Shown here: piece after piece, positions 13,826-27,600 of the stretch
Layout: the number at the start of each line of letters is the position of its first letter
How positions within the stretch are numbered: the first letter of the stretch is position 1
Source: Azolla caroliniana
Lineage: Eukaryota; Plantae; Polypodiophyta
DNA length: 64,000 bases
Assembly (NCBI GenBank): GCA_043228905.1
Contig: JBHGNT010000007.1
Coordinates: 4,836,001 to 4,900,000, forward strand
Reading direction: 5' to 3'
Made by a program: the position numbers and the translations under genes
The notes under the pieces: generated by a model
What the model saw: only the letters and a program-made list of their open reading frames with translations
Told to the model about the DNA's origin: nothing
Database searches by the model: none

Positions 13826-16800
13826 ATGCTCTCCATCAGGTTTTTACATTCCTTCAGCATATTTCATTTGCTTCCGTCGCTCTCTTTCTCTGTTGATTTT
13901 CTTTCCTCTGCGAGTTCTACACATTTCTCTAGAGATCATTGTTCATTATCTTTTGAAGTTTCACTAGAGTTCTTCATGGTTCTGTTCATACTGTAGAAAC
14001 TATATGTTTCTCTAGAGATATTCGCAAATATGTATTTTGCATGTTTCCTTCATCTCTTCATTTAATCTCTCCCTTTCTGTGTCTTGTGTGTGTGTAAAAC
14101 CAGAGATTGATTTCCAAATTTTTCCTTATACATACTCTTTATTCTCTTTAGAAAGCTCTCTCATTTTTCCTTTAATCTCTTTTAATCAGGATTTAGGATA
14201 CTCCACAGAAACCATAGCACTTCTTGCTTCCGTCTAAATGATTATTTAGAGGCCTTCGTGGTTCTCGTTTTACAAGTCTTTAAACATTTATGGAAAAAAT
14301 GCCGTGGATTTATTTATGGCATCTGGAAACGAACAAAGGTTTTTGTGTACATCCAGAAACATGTTCTACTTCCTATAGTTAAGAAAAAGCCTATAATAAT
14401 AAGCAACTAAAACATTTCTTCAAATGTACATGTTCTATAGAATTTGCACACTTCGTAAAGATTAGTGAGAAGCACTTTCAGTTCTCTCAGTTGGTCTAAG
14501 ATTTTGATAATGTGTTGGACGAATTCCCTCTATTATATTTATCAATAGTGTACAATAGTATTAGATAAGATCTTTGTTTTGTGTGAAATCATTTTCTCTA
14601 AAAAGTTCATAGATATTCTGTAGATTCCATGGAGTATATACTTTTCACGACAGTACTGTTTTTGTATGATTATGGAAGCATATGCATTAGTTCTTCATAG
14701 TTAAAAGAAAATTTGTTCATGGAGTTTATTTTGTAAAGAAAATTAGGTGACAAAAACTCACATAGAATTTAGAAACTTCTTTAATATTAATTCAGTTGCC
14801 ATGGCTACTTTAAGCTTTTGGTGATACATTGGCATGCAGTTCCTCATTAGATATTTGACAAGCATGTACCAGATTTCGTAGATCAGTTTTTTGGTTTCTA
14901 GTTCAACATATGTTTCTCTAAGCATTTATGGATATTTTCTGTGGAATATGTAGTTAATGAATAAAGATTTTTTCTGTACTTAAAAAGCATATGTTCTAGT
15001 TACTCAGGTAAAAAATAAAATGTACATAATTTCTTTAAGGTTTTCATGATGTATTGGAATGAATTTCCCTCGGTAGATACTTTACAAATGTGTACGAGTG
15101 TGCTTAGAGCCGATATTGGTGTGCAAATAGAACAGACATTGGTCAGCAGTGCTATTTGATATTTGAGACAATGAAAAATTATCCGCTAGTTTCCCATAAT
15201 TCGCTAAAAATACCTCTCAAATTTAAGAAACTACCAAAATGCCACTATAATGTCTGCAACCTTCCTTAAATAATGCATGATATTTAAATCTTAATTTTTA
15301 TTACTCCTGAAAAATCAGCATGGACTAGATGCACAATCACACTTCATTACCAATTATCAAGAGCAATACTCGAATACTACATATCAGGTTATTAATCAGT
15401 TTGATTAGCAAAAACAGTTACCGTTAGTTATGAATTAGCAACTGATAATCAAATTCTGTTATTTATCATCATTTCTGAAATTCACAATTTCGAAAATTAA
15501 GAAACCTAATTAGCTAAAGAAGAAGAATAAGTAAGCATGGGTAAATTTCAAAGCTGAAATATGATAAACTGGAGTGACATTTTGCTAAATTTGCTCTAAA
15601 TTAATCTTGAATCAAGCTTTCAAATACATATTTAAAAAGTCTTCGTATAAATGATGTTAAATTTTATTTTAGGGTTAAAGGCCTTCTCTTTAAAAAGAAA
15701 ACACAAAAAACCATTCATCAAAAATAAGAATTTTCAAATGTTTTGGCTGCAGTAAAAGGTTAACTTTCCCCTCTAATTTCTGAAGTAGAAACACACTTTT
15801 TTGTTGAGACTGTGGTTATCTGGTGCTGGTGAGAAAATGACGGAAGCATGTGATTCATCATCTTGACCTAGATGCTTTTCAGTTGGAACCAACAAAGAAG
15901 GGTGTGATGACATCCTAATATTATCAGAGGATTCTTTTGGTTATGTAGATTTCAACCAACTACACCTTCAAAGAATGTTTTTTACGAGGTGGTGTGTAAA
16001 GAATTTTGTCACTCAATCAAACTGAAGGATAAGGATAATCTATGCATGGTTATTCTGTATGGGTCAGCACATGTTAATGGTAATTGTTATAATATTAATG
16101 AAATCTAAAATAAGTATCCCATGTAAGCACCATCTTGAGATACACGAAGAAGCATGAAAAGACGAGAGTAGCATTCTTTTATTGCTAATCATAATATCTT
16201 TCATTTAATAATGCTCCTGGATTATGATTGACATGTATCCTTGGTTTTTAGAATTGATTCATCAATGAACAAAATATGGAATCTGTCCAAAACCATTCAG
16301 ATAGCAATGAAGAAAATATGGAATCTGTCTGAAACCCTTCAGCAAGCAATGAAAAAAATATAGAATCTATCCAAAACTGTTCAGATATCATACCTGAAGA
16401 ACTCTATGATTGACCTGTGTTGCTCTTTTTTCAGGAGCTGGATTAGGAGGCATAAAAGATCACTTATACTTTCAGTTGGATTGGTAGGAGTTGGATATGT
16501 CTGCTATAAAACTGTCAAATCTCATTACAAAACTTTACAAGAAAAGGAAACACATGCATACCTTCTTCATCAAGCTGAGCAACGTGTTGAAGCCCAGTAT
16601 GTGATTTCTACATTGTTTTCCAATCAAGGAAAAAGTTTCAAGTAGAAAGAAAAGGTAAAAACTCTGCAATACCCGTGGTTTTTCTTTATATCTCCAAATG
16701 CTTCTAGGTTTCTCTTATTTCCTGAATGCCCTTGGTCAACCCCCCCTGGTGCAATTAGACATGCTATTTGGGCAATTATATGTCAATTCATCCCCCTTTT

Positions 16801-19148
16801 TCTCGCTTTCAGGTGGTTGACCAAACTATTTATGGAAATAATGGAAACTTAGAAGCATTTGGGAAAATAAAGAAAAACTTGGGTGTTTGGAGTTTTTCCT
16901 TAACGAAATCATAAATTTTTCTCTTTTCAAATGAAATTTCTTCTCCTCAGGTTACAACTCCATTTTCAGAGTGTACAACGGATATCAGACTCAGCTACAT
17001 TGCCATTTGTTTTGCCTCAACTGAAAACTCAACTTCTAAATCAGCTGAACTTGTCAGCCTTGACGGAAAAGCTGGTGCAAGGAAAAGAGGTCCCAAGAGT
17101 TCTTTCAGGAAAAGAAAAAATCGAGCTATGGCAGGAACTGAAAATACGAAGTGAGATTCATACTTTTTTAAGCCTGAACTGTTTTACTTTGTGTTGAAAA
17201 CATGAAGAATCTTTGAAATAAAAGGAATATGGCATTTTCTTGACCTTGGAATGTAGGTTTTACACTGGCAGTTACTTCCATGTGGGCACTAGTGTTACTA
17301 CTTCTATTTGTTCGCATTCAACTTAATGTATTAGCAAGACATCTATACATTGATACAGCGCGGGATATTTCAATAGCAGATAAAGTGGTTTGTTTCTAAA
17401 CAACATTAAATAATTCAAATTTATGAAGAACCATTATCTATCGGTTCATGAAGGGATGAAATATGCTCTATAGGAACATACAAATGGAATTTCTAGCAAT
17501 ATCCAGGAGAAGTATGTTGCATTTACAGAGTTTTTTCCTAATGAAGGATTGGAGATTCTTATTTCAGATACCAAGAAGGCAGTAGAACATGTGTTGGCAA
17601 GGTAAGAATTCAGTGCTTACAATCGATGTTTCATGAGGATTTACTTTAGGCCATTTAGTGCTTATTTTCACTTATTTTCTCAGTTTAAAGAAGATATACT
17701 TGAGACCAATTCAGTGCATATTGTCAATGTTTTCTTTGGGCATTCGGGGAAATAAAGAAAACTTTACGGCATTTTGGGACATAATGAAAAATTCAAGGAT
17801 ATTTAAGAGTTTTCCTAGGTTTCTCGTAACAATCGATAACAGTTCAGTTTGAGAGTGTCAAAACTGAACCGTTTAAAATTTTTGGAACTTGAACTGAACC
17901 GAACCGAACCATGGACCCATTTAAACCAAACTGTTAGAAAAAAATCCAAACCGTTAAACCATTATAATTGCGGTTTTGTGGTTCCGTTTCGGTTTTGACC
18001 TTAGTCAAAATTCAAATTTTAAAATTTTTTATTATTTCAAATTTTCAAAATTTTAAAGATTTCTCTTAAAGTTAAAATGTGAGAACTAGGCTTAAAAATA
18101 TCAATCGGCAACAGTTCGGTTTGAACCAAACGAACCGCGAAATTGCGGCTTAACAGCTTAATGGTTCGGTTTGGTTCAGGTTTCAAAAAATTTAAACGGT
18201 TCGGTTTTGACCCTCTCAAACCGAACTGAACCATTGCCGATTGTTACTTAAAAATGAAAAGGTTGTTTAAATAAATATATATATATATATATATATAATA
18301 TTTAAAAACTATCAAACTGTTTAAAGTGCGGTTTCAAACCATTAAAACCGAATCGAACTGAACCTTTAAAAAAACTTGAACCTGAACTCAACCAAACCAA
18401 ACCGTTAAGCCACGGTGTCGTGGTTCGGTTCAAACCAAACCAAACCATTGCCGATTATTATTTCTCTGCTATTTCAAAAAGCCTTTGAGTGAGCCTTGGT
18501 CTAATAGACCTTAGAGATAGCTTTGTAAACATTGTTATGCTTATTGTGACTTGTCAATGCCCTTTTTGTTGTTTGTTTAGCAAGCCATTGAGAGAACCTT
18601 GCAGCTTAATAGATCTTAGAGATATCTTTCTACACATTGTAAATGTCTTTGAGGAAGGAAAATCCAAGTGGATAGCATACATGCTACCTAAAAACAATGT
18701 TCTTCCTGATGAGCTTTCACCAACACCCGTCGCCTCTAATATGTGGCAATTAGAGACAAAGTTGATTCATGACAATGAAAAAGTGTTGAGTAACTTGGTG
18801 GATGAAACAAGAGGCATTCTTGAGAGGTAATGCTACTACTTTTTTATTCTAACTCTTTGATTTCTCGGACACTCAATGCAAATCAACTATTTTGTTTGCA
18901 GTGTTGAATTCCATAAAGTGTTGACAACATCTTTCAGAGCATTATTGGATTTGGTAGTAGATAATTTTCGAGAAATCTTTAAGGGAGGGGATACTGACAC
19001 AATACCATTTGCAAAGTTGATTCCTCCTGTGTCAACCATTGAAGCTTTGGTGCTTGATCAACCTACTGAGAACACATTCATTCAGCAACTCACTAACCTT
19101 CCAGAATTTCAGTCATTTGTTGCAACAGTTTATTCAGCTGGGAACTAG
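13826..19148 (+). CDS. PEX3: Peroxisome biogenesis protein 3 (peroxin-3), 7 exons, 375 aa
   Basis: Exons 13826-13839, 16435-16596, 16951-17150, 17257-17387, 17474-17601, 18581-18826 and 18902-19148. All introns are GT-AG with consistent phases, totalling 1128 nt. Motifs: MLSIRSWIRRHKR plus a TM segment, HFQSVQRISD, ELWQELKIRSFT, RIQLNVLARHLYIDTAR, IPFAKLIP. Confidence 0.92.
16653..16900. mobile_element. Fold-back MITE-like element in PEX3 intron 2
   Basis: Imperfect ~90-bp terminal inverted repeats (tttctttat..ccaaatgcttcta..ttggtcaacc / ggttgaccaa..tagaagcatttgg..ataaagaaaaa). Confidence 0.6.
17827..18459. mobile_element. AACCG-rich MITE-like element in PEX3 intron 5 (related copy near 33263-33480)
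   Basis: Inverted termini aatcgataacagttcagtttg / caaaccaaaccattgccgatt, with many gaaccg/cggttc subterminal motifs. Confidence 0.6.
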
Positions 19149-21196
19149 GTATGAATGGAAAAAGCTCGATGGTACATTCTTAAGAAGTTAAAGGTGGGTT
19201 TCTCTAATTGGGTCTCCATCATTACTACTGGGTCTCCGCATGATGAGGAATTTAACAAGGGAAGTGGTATTTTATTCGTGTCATGGGATGGAATATGTGA
19301 AGGATGCCCTTGGAAGTAATATATGGTGAGAGATATCTGTGTATGTGTATTCGTATTTGCTGTTACATGGTTTTGTCATTTTTACTCAGGTATGGCCTTT
19401 ATTAAGATTCTTTCTCTTACATAATCTCGTTAGGTGCCCGAACTTACTTAAGATACTCTAAAAACTCTTTTGTTCTCCACATTTCACATGTCTTTCTTTA
19501 GAAGGGTCTAATGTATAACCAAGTTAATATTATTAAAAGTTTTAATTGGGGGGAGTTCTATCTTATAGAAGCTAGGGATGATGTTTATTATTTCACTTCA
19601 CAAGAAAACAAGTCTTTTATTTGCAGCTTTGGAGAAAACAATAAAATTGTCTTCGTTTCACAATGTGTCTAATTTGAGTTCATGACTTGAGTTGTGAATC
19701 ATCTTCGGTCTAATAGACTCTAATGTTTTTTTTTTGTGTCATGTAATTAGCAAAGGAGGCAAAATAACGGAACAATGTTACTTGGCTAAATGTGGATGTG
19801 ACATTACAACGTCTAGTTGGTTATTAGGTTGGGTTAGCCAGCCTTGAATGTGAGTGCCAAATATTACGAGTATGATTATAATACTTAATAGCAAATAATA
19901 CAAAAACAGCAAACAACAAACATGACATACTATGTAGCTTAGGTTTGGGAGGTGAAGCTTGTTAACTTACTAATGCAATCTAATGTTGGAGTGAGGGAAT
20001 AAATTCTCTTACTTTTTTTCTTCTCAAGGGGCCTAGTTGCCTACATGCTTTTCTTGGGAATGTTGCCATTGCCTCATCATTAGTGTCATGCACTGCATTG
20101 CAATGTTCATCACCAATCCTTCGCTTATCTAACATTAGTGCCAAATATGTTTGAATTTTCCACCTAAACATGAACTGTATGATGCAAATATCTAATACTC
20201 TCTTATATAACATGTTTAACTCTATGGATAAGTGTGGAAGTTACAAGGGAAGCATGAAATGAGGCTTAGGAAAAACTTTTCCACTAAATTGCACAATGAA
20301 AAAATGCAATTGAGTGCATGATAATCCACTTTATGTTCTTTTAGTGGTGTATTTATGAGAGAGTTTATATGTTCACTGACTTGAATGAAGTATTATTATC
20401 TAGAATTGTTTTATGAGGTTAGATCCCAATAAACTCATAATCACAATGTTGAGATGATTGCCATGGATAATGGGTAAAACTTAACAACATTTGCATCTAT
20501 GATCACATTTGACATTCCACAACCAAAGGTTAAAAAATAGTACCACTAAAATATTGATTTACGCTTCCATTGAACAATATGAAAGTTCATGAACCCAATC
20601 AGGCCACTAAGGTCATGCATATCCTTTGCTCCTCCAAATAGGGATGCAAATATCATTGCCTTGTAGACATATCCAAGAGTTAACCTTAAGAGGAGGTAGA
20701 TTTCTATCTTTTTGGAGTCATTTCCTTCAAAACAATGACCTTGTTGATTTATATGCATGTACTATGTCTTCTTGATGTACGTTTCTTGATTCATAGTAAG
20801 GCTAATAGTGTGGTGCTATTTCTTGATATACATTTGCAAATGCAATCCTAAGACTAATAGCGATCCCTTTACTCTTTAATCATCTATTGTTCCATGAGTA
20901 TATTTTGCAAGTTGGGCAAAGGGTCAAGAAAACTTTATTATATGGTATAATTGTGGTGTATCAAGTTGGATTGCAAATACATGCCTTATAGTTTCTCCTT
21001 TAAGGCCACATAAAGGAGTAAGAAGACGTCTATCCATTATGTATATGGAACCATTGCAACATACCATGGCTATATTTTTCAACCTCTATGGAAAGTCCAT
21101 TTGTTATTCTTCGGAGTCTATCTCTCCACATTGCTTACAGTTTAATGAAGTTTCCAGTGTGATTGAGTCTCCTAGATTAAAATCTTAGTCTCTTTA

Positions 21197-21504
21197 TGAT
21201 GAGGATACTACCGGCCACAACCGAATATTACGCATGCGTGCCTGGTGCAAAGATCAAAATGACAGTAAACGAGTAGACAAAAGATGAAGATATAGAGTCT
21301 GAGGATTTTAACGTGGAAAACCCGGAAAGGGAAAAACCACGGGAGTTCACTAACTCCAAGAAAATCACTAACAGTAAGAGGAATGTCCAAGTAAGAATCT
21401 CAAGGCAATGACCTTGAGTCTTCTTTGTCTGACAAATGGCCTTGATTTTCTTGGCGTCAGTGTCTTTTTGTTTGACCGACGACTATGGAGGAGTTAGTCA
21501 CACA

Positions 21505-21545
<41 letters not shown>

Positions 21546-21894
21546 ACTGAGGCAACAACCAACAACAACTGTATATCTATCTATTGTTCTAAATGATCTG
21601 CCCTAGTTGTATTTATACTAATACAACTTTATGACTATTTACAATTTTGGCCTAAAATAGGTGCGACAAAACCTATTTACAAATATGGCCATTTTCGAAT
21701 GCTTCATCCAAGTCCTAAGGATGCGTCTCCATATCTGATCCGGCTCCGGATCCGGTTTCGCTTCTACTTCGGATCTATTTGATCCAATTCACCCTCCCCC
21801 ATCCGGTTCTAACTCTTTCTTATCCAAGGTTGTCTCTTTGGACTCCAATCCGACTCGTGCTTACTTCCCATCTGGAGGGACCTGTTTTCTAACA
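21197..21894 (-). mobile_element. Copia-type solo LTR
   Basis: TG...CA termini with a perfect 5-bp TSD CTTTA (21192-21196 and 21895-21899). Its end, tcccatctggagggacctgttttctaaca, resembles the reverse complement of the 4250 LTR start. Confidence 0.88.
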
Positions 21895-23904
21895 CTTTAA
21901 ATATACCACTATTCCAACACTGTGAAGCATTACATTTAAGAATGTGGAAGTGATAATAGCAACCAATTTTGACCTTCAAGTAATAATCTTGCATATATTC
22001 AATCTAGAAAATGTTAGAGACTACTTGAAGTGATAAATGTCACCATCTCCGTAACTATATGTATTGTAAATGCCACTAGGGACAATGTATGTAACAACTA
22101 GATGTTAATGGACCCAAATGCTTGAATGATTGAAGGAAACTCAAATGATCAAAATCTTCACAAGATCCATTATAAACTTGATTATTATCTCCACAAGTGG
22201 CAGTCTTGCATCATTTCAAAATAGAGGGTTAAAAATATACAATTCGAAACATTTGCACAAAATCTAGTTCAGGTACACACTTCGTGCTCATGTATATGTT
22301 TCCCTAATTCCCACCCTAATATGCTCACGCATCACTTGAAAAACCACTCAATGTAAACATAGACGTTTACACTACATGCAACTTGCATTCCTAGACACGA
22401 TAAAGAGTTATGAACAACTTGAATGATCTAGATTCTTGGTATTCATCTAACCATTATTGTAGTTCCTATTTTAATATGCTCAAACAAAATGGTATTCTAG
22501 TGAGAGAATATGCAATGTGCTACTTCAATATGCACCTCAAACATATTACCTCATACCATGGACATGAAATAATAGTCTTTGTAAGCATACATATACTCAA
22601 GTTCCCAAACATCCAATAAGAAAGCATGATTTAGTGGAAGTCTAAAGACAAAATGAAAGTGTTGTAACAAAATTCACCGAATTCTTACGCCAAAATGCTC
22701 AACTAATGAGCAACAATCATCATGCTCCTTCAAAGTGAGCCTAGAAGGGAGAATATATTTGAAATATATGTCGTCTTGAAATTTATTTCGTGTTCATTAA
22801 ACACCCTTGATTATTTGAAATAAGTCTAGAACAAAGACAAACCATTCCAAAAATTGGCGAGTGTTCATAAAACATCATAGATCCTTCAAAACCAAGCCTA
22901 AAAATGCGAATTGAAGAGTGGATAATAAAACATCCTTGTCACATGGTCCTTCAAGGCAAGTCTAGAAGAGACAAAGAATAGGAAATGAAATGAGGATAAA
23001 AAGACATCTCTAGTCACTTGATCCTTTTAAAGCAAGCCTAAAGGAGAACAATATGAAACGAAATCATGATCATCAATCATCCTCGGATCCTTTTAAAGTT
23101 TGAGAGTAACAATTGTTATGCTATGTTTTTTCAAACCACAAGCCAGGGGTAGGGGGGATTCGTATATCTACCCAATGTAAAATCCAACTCCATTGTGGTC
23201 GAAAAGGAAGTCAAGGTGCCAAGCAAGTCTCATTTCTCCCCCCCCCCCCCCTTCTTTCCCCCTCCCAAGAAGCTTTGCTCCTGAGCCTCGAAATGGAGGT
23301 GAGTTTGTGACGAAGCTTTTGCATTGTTTGGTCAAGCTCCACAATAGGCGAGTCATAGAGACCCTCCTCGAAAGAGGATGGATCGATGGTGGTGATAGGA
23401 TAGGTATAAGGGGGGGGGGGGGGGTGTATGGAGAGAAGATGCCTTACCCCAAAAGATCTCTTCAATGGTGGTCTTTACAAATTGCATGTTAAGTCTCTTG
23501 AGGCTTGCATGGCGTCCTTCCTTTTTTTTTGTGAACCAAAACATTCCTAGTGTCTTTTTTGTGTTCTAATTTCTAAACAACCCCGCCCCCGCCCCCCACT
23601 AACAAATGAAGAGCATAAGCACCCTACGCTTCCTCATACGTACATACATACATATATACATACGTATGTATGTACAAATATATATACACATATATTTTTG
23701 CGCCTCTCTGTCTGTCTCTCTCTCGTAAGCAGAAGCTTCTAGAAGGAAGAAGAAGAAGAAGACGCAGTCGCAGTAATAGATTTATCGTTAACACAGACAA
23801 GAGACGGACATATTCTGAAGAGCGAAAGGTAGAAGCCGCTTCTGCTTCTTCCCCCACTTCCCCGTACGTGATCCCTCCCTCCTACGGCGACTTAATTCTC
23901 GGCT

Positions 23905-24657
23905 ATGGCGGCTGCAGCTTCCTCCTCATCGATCCTCTGCAGCATTAACCACACCATGCCAACTCCTATCTCCACCTCCCTCCACCTGCTTACATCCCCC
24001 CCCATCCCTTCTCGCTCTTCTTCGTCTTCGTCTTCGTCTTCGTCTTTCGTTCCGCCCGCCTGTCCGTCCTTTCTGCATCGGGCTGCTCATCCTACTGCTC
24101 CCTCCCATGGTGCAAACTTCGCATCCTGCAAGCTACCACATATCTCCTACAGTTGTAACGTAAGTATGCGTCGACTTCCTGCTATGGGAGACGTGGATGT
24201 GTCAGCAGCTACGTCAGGATGCAGAGTTTTAGCAATCGGTAAAGGTAGCCACGGCCATGTTGCGGTAAAGAGGAATCCGTACAGAGCCTCAGCAGTAGGG
24301 AAAGGAAGTAGCCATGAGGATTTGAAAAAGAAGAAGAAGGACACATACACGGTGAAGTTCATAACGCCAGAAGGAGAAGAGACTGTGGTGGAGGTTCCTG
24401 GCGATAAGTATCTTCTGGATGCAGGAGAAGAAGCAGGCGTAGATCTTCCATACTCTTGTCGTGCAGGTGCTTGTTCTTCCTGTGCTGTCAGGATTCTTAA
24501 TCTTAAGAATGCCAACGGAGAAGAAGACGGAACTGTGGATCAATCTGATCAGTCTTTTCTTGATGAAGACCAGATACAGAAAGGTTTTGTTCTTGCATGT
24601 GTTGCGTACCCTACCTCTGATCTCGTTCTTCAAACTCACTGTGAGGATCAGCTCTAA
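23905..24657 (+). CDS. Plastid-targeted plant-type [2Fe-2S] ferredoxin, intronless, with a long N-terminal extension
   Basis: Ser/Pro-rich transit peptide. The mature domain reads [10 protein letters not shown]...[23 protein letters not shown]...[30 protein letters not shown] with all four Cys ligands. Confidence 0.92.
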   Translation: MAAAASSSSILCSINHTMPTPISTSLHLLTSPPIPSRSSSSSSSSSSFVPPACPSFLHRAAHPTAPSHGANFASCKLPHISYSCNVSMRRLPAMGDVDVSAATSGCRVLAIGKGSHGHVAVKRNPYRASAVGKGSSHEDLKKKKKDTYTVKFITPEGEETVVEVPGDKYLLDAGEEAGVDLPYSCRAGACSSCAVRILNLKNANGEEDGTVDQSDQSFLDEDQIQKGFVLACVAYPTSDLVLQTHCEDQL

Positions 24658-27600
24658 TTGATCTTAGTAAGCTTCCATTACTTCTATTCTCCATACCAAT
24701 GTTTTTCCCTTCGGTTATTTTATGATGTAAATCTTGTTTTTTTCCTTTTCGTTTTTCTATCCAGCTCGTTATTTTTTTTCCCGTTAAGACTTTCGCATCC
24801 CTTCCCACCGTTTACAAAATGTCTACTTTTTCCCTAGATTTTGTTGATGCACCTGTTTTGAAGGTTTACTAGCTGTTAATGTGCCTTGTCACTTTCTTAA
24901 TGCATCACTTTTTCGTCAGGTCTTTCTGCTCCAATTTCCATCAATTTTAGTGCCGGTACTTTAATGTAAAAAATCCACTTACCATCGATCTTTCTCTGCC
25001 ATTTCTTGCATCAGTCTCGTCACCTACGTTTTCCCATTGTTTCTTTTTGGTATTTCGTTTCTAGAATCCATTTGTTCAATTATGTGTTTCTACGGTTTCT
25101 TTCTATTCTGTCGTTTCTTCATTGTGCCATGGTTTCTTATTCTTCTGCAGTTTGGTGCATCATATTCTTCAGTTACATTTTGTTCATTTCTGTAGTTTCT
25201 TAGTTCCCGTCCAAGGTCAATGCATCATATCGCCCTGCTATTTCATGCACAAAATCTCCGTCCTCCTTTCCTGCAGTTTCGGACAGATTTTTGCGTCCTC
25301 TATCAGCCAAACTTTTCCGTCTTCCGTTTCCTTCATCCTTTCCCTATTATTTCTGTTTGCAACAATGTTGTTCTTTGTGCCATCTCATCTTCATTTCTTG
25401 TCAAAGCTCTTATAATGGGATCAGTGTCATTTCAATTGTGAAGAACGTCAAGGCTCTATATGGCTCTTACGTCAATCAGCTTAGCAAGTAAATTGGGAGT
25501 CTTAAAGAATCAAGGCTCTCCATAATGCTTTATAAATTGGTTTACGTCAATTGTTGAGAACTATTTCTTTATGGTTCATTATGTGGTTATAAAGGAATAT
25601 ATTTTTACTACTATAGTTTTATATCCAAATGAGAATCTTGTGTTAGAATAAAACTATTCTTGTTAATTTTCTTTCATCTCCCCAAAATGTCTGTGTTTTC
25701 ATTAATTCCGTAAACAATTCATTTTTCATTAATTCACAAATGTATTTCGCCTTTATTGATTTGCTGTGTCTGCCTATTGTTTAATTTCTTGTTTGCTAGC
25801 TTTTAGAGTGATTATTTACTAGTGCACTTGGGACACAAGTGTTAAAAAAAACTAGAAACTAATACTAAGCATAAGTTGTTCCTATCATCCTCAATTGGAT
25901 GGATAGACTAAATGAGTAACCTGAGTTATTGAGGATTATATGCTTCAGCCATATTTGCAAAGAAGTGTTTCTTATAGGAACAATATTTCCCTATTCTAGA
26001 GTTTGCTTATAATAACGTTATACATGCATTGATTAGATATAGTTCTTTTATGATGTGCGGTTTGGAGCCATTAGCTCCAATTGATCTTAATATAAATTAA
26101 GAAAATTAGAGTGCACACATTTTCTTTGATAGGGAGTATGTAATCATTGTTGTATGATGCATGAGATAGTGCTAAGTCTACTGAAACTAGAGTGTGTTTA
26201 TGTCAATAATCATCAACATCCTCATTTATTTCTCCTTGCACAACAGTCTTTTGTGTGTGCCTCGTGATTCTAAGATATTATCTAATGGCAAGTGTGCAAA
26301 ATTAGCTTTAGATTATTGTAGACCATTTCTAGTCCTTCATTGGTTCATCTATTACCTATATCATCTTGACAGTGTTCATATTCATGTAGGTTTTTTGTGT
26401 TCAGTCATTTGAAAGAACATTTGGGTTATAACATCACCATTGACTTACTCACGAGGATTTATCTTATAAACCACATGTGCCAGATTGCATTCTCAATTCC
26501 AAAACCAAACATCTACACTTCATGAATCAAAAGTTTTCCATTATATAGTGTAAGGAAAGTGATCATAGTAAGAGAAAGTGAAAAGTACATTGTGAAAAAG
26601 TGCACTTTAAAGGAAAGAGTAAGTGCACAATGTCCCAATGACATAAAATTGTCACCTGGCATTTTATCTTCATAGGCCTCCCATGCATGCTCATGATATG
26701 CTACCTCATGCTAAATCCATATGTCAACAAGCCTAGACTCAATTTCTCTAAAATGTCTGATCCCTTGCAATGAGCTCTCGGCCTCCTTTTACAACTCTCA
26801 AGAGCTCTCCTCCCAAAAATAGAACAATCCTTTTTCAGCATGTGCTGCACGCTTTTCCTTTGATTGGCACTTGGTTTTTATGAAATATACATCCTTGATT
26901 TGGTTTTGATAGCATTAACATGCCTCATTTTTGTATTTCCCACATTCTAAATCACATTTTTTTCCCTTATAGTTCAAACCAGTAGAGGTATCTTTCATTA
27001 TTTGTCTTAATTTTCATCTCCTCACTTTTTCTTGGGATGACCGTTTCATCCCCAAAACCCAGGCTTGTTGTAAAACTTGGTCTTTTGATGCTTTTCTCCC
27101 TTTGCACACGGCACATCACAACATTGTTATTACCTTTATCAAGAGGTCTAGGTCATAAAGATGGACAAAACAACCATCTTCATATAATTATTATCGGCGT
27201 CGTCTTGAGTGTTTGTTGGCTATTAATAATAATAACAAGACAAATAGAAAATGAAGAAGATTTTTTTAAATAATCTATTAGTAGCAAAGTAGATAATCGT
27301 CACACCATAGTTTTTGAATCTTCTTCTCAAAAAAGAAATTTATGAAAAATATGAGGAAAAGAGGCAGAAATTTAGGAAAGCAAAAGAAGCAAAATCATCA
27401 TAAAATTAAGACAAAAAATAGAACCGAAGAAGAGAGAGCAGCAAGTAAAAAGTAATGGTGAGAAGAAGATGAAGAGGGATGTATAGTCTATTTTAGTAAG
27501 GTTCTCCTAAAACTAAGACAAATGCAAAATTGGGCAACATTGTTTTCTTTCTAACTCCAATTATATTAGCAAATGCTCTCTACCTCTTTCGTCCGCTCTA

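Noticed and set aside
12059-13967. ORFs made of SLSL, RERE and MYVC repeats
   Set aside because: They are translations of microsatellites.
19900-23100. Possible genes among the short ORFs here and at 25000-28900 and 30800-33200
   Set aside because: The sequence is AT-rich and CpG-depleted, with no coherent exon structure. It is probably ancient TE debris that I cannot assign.
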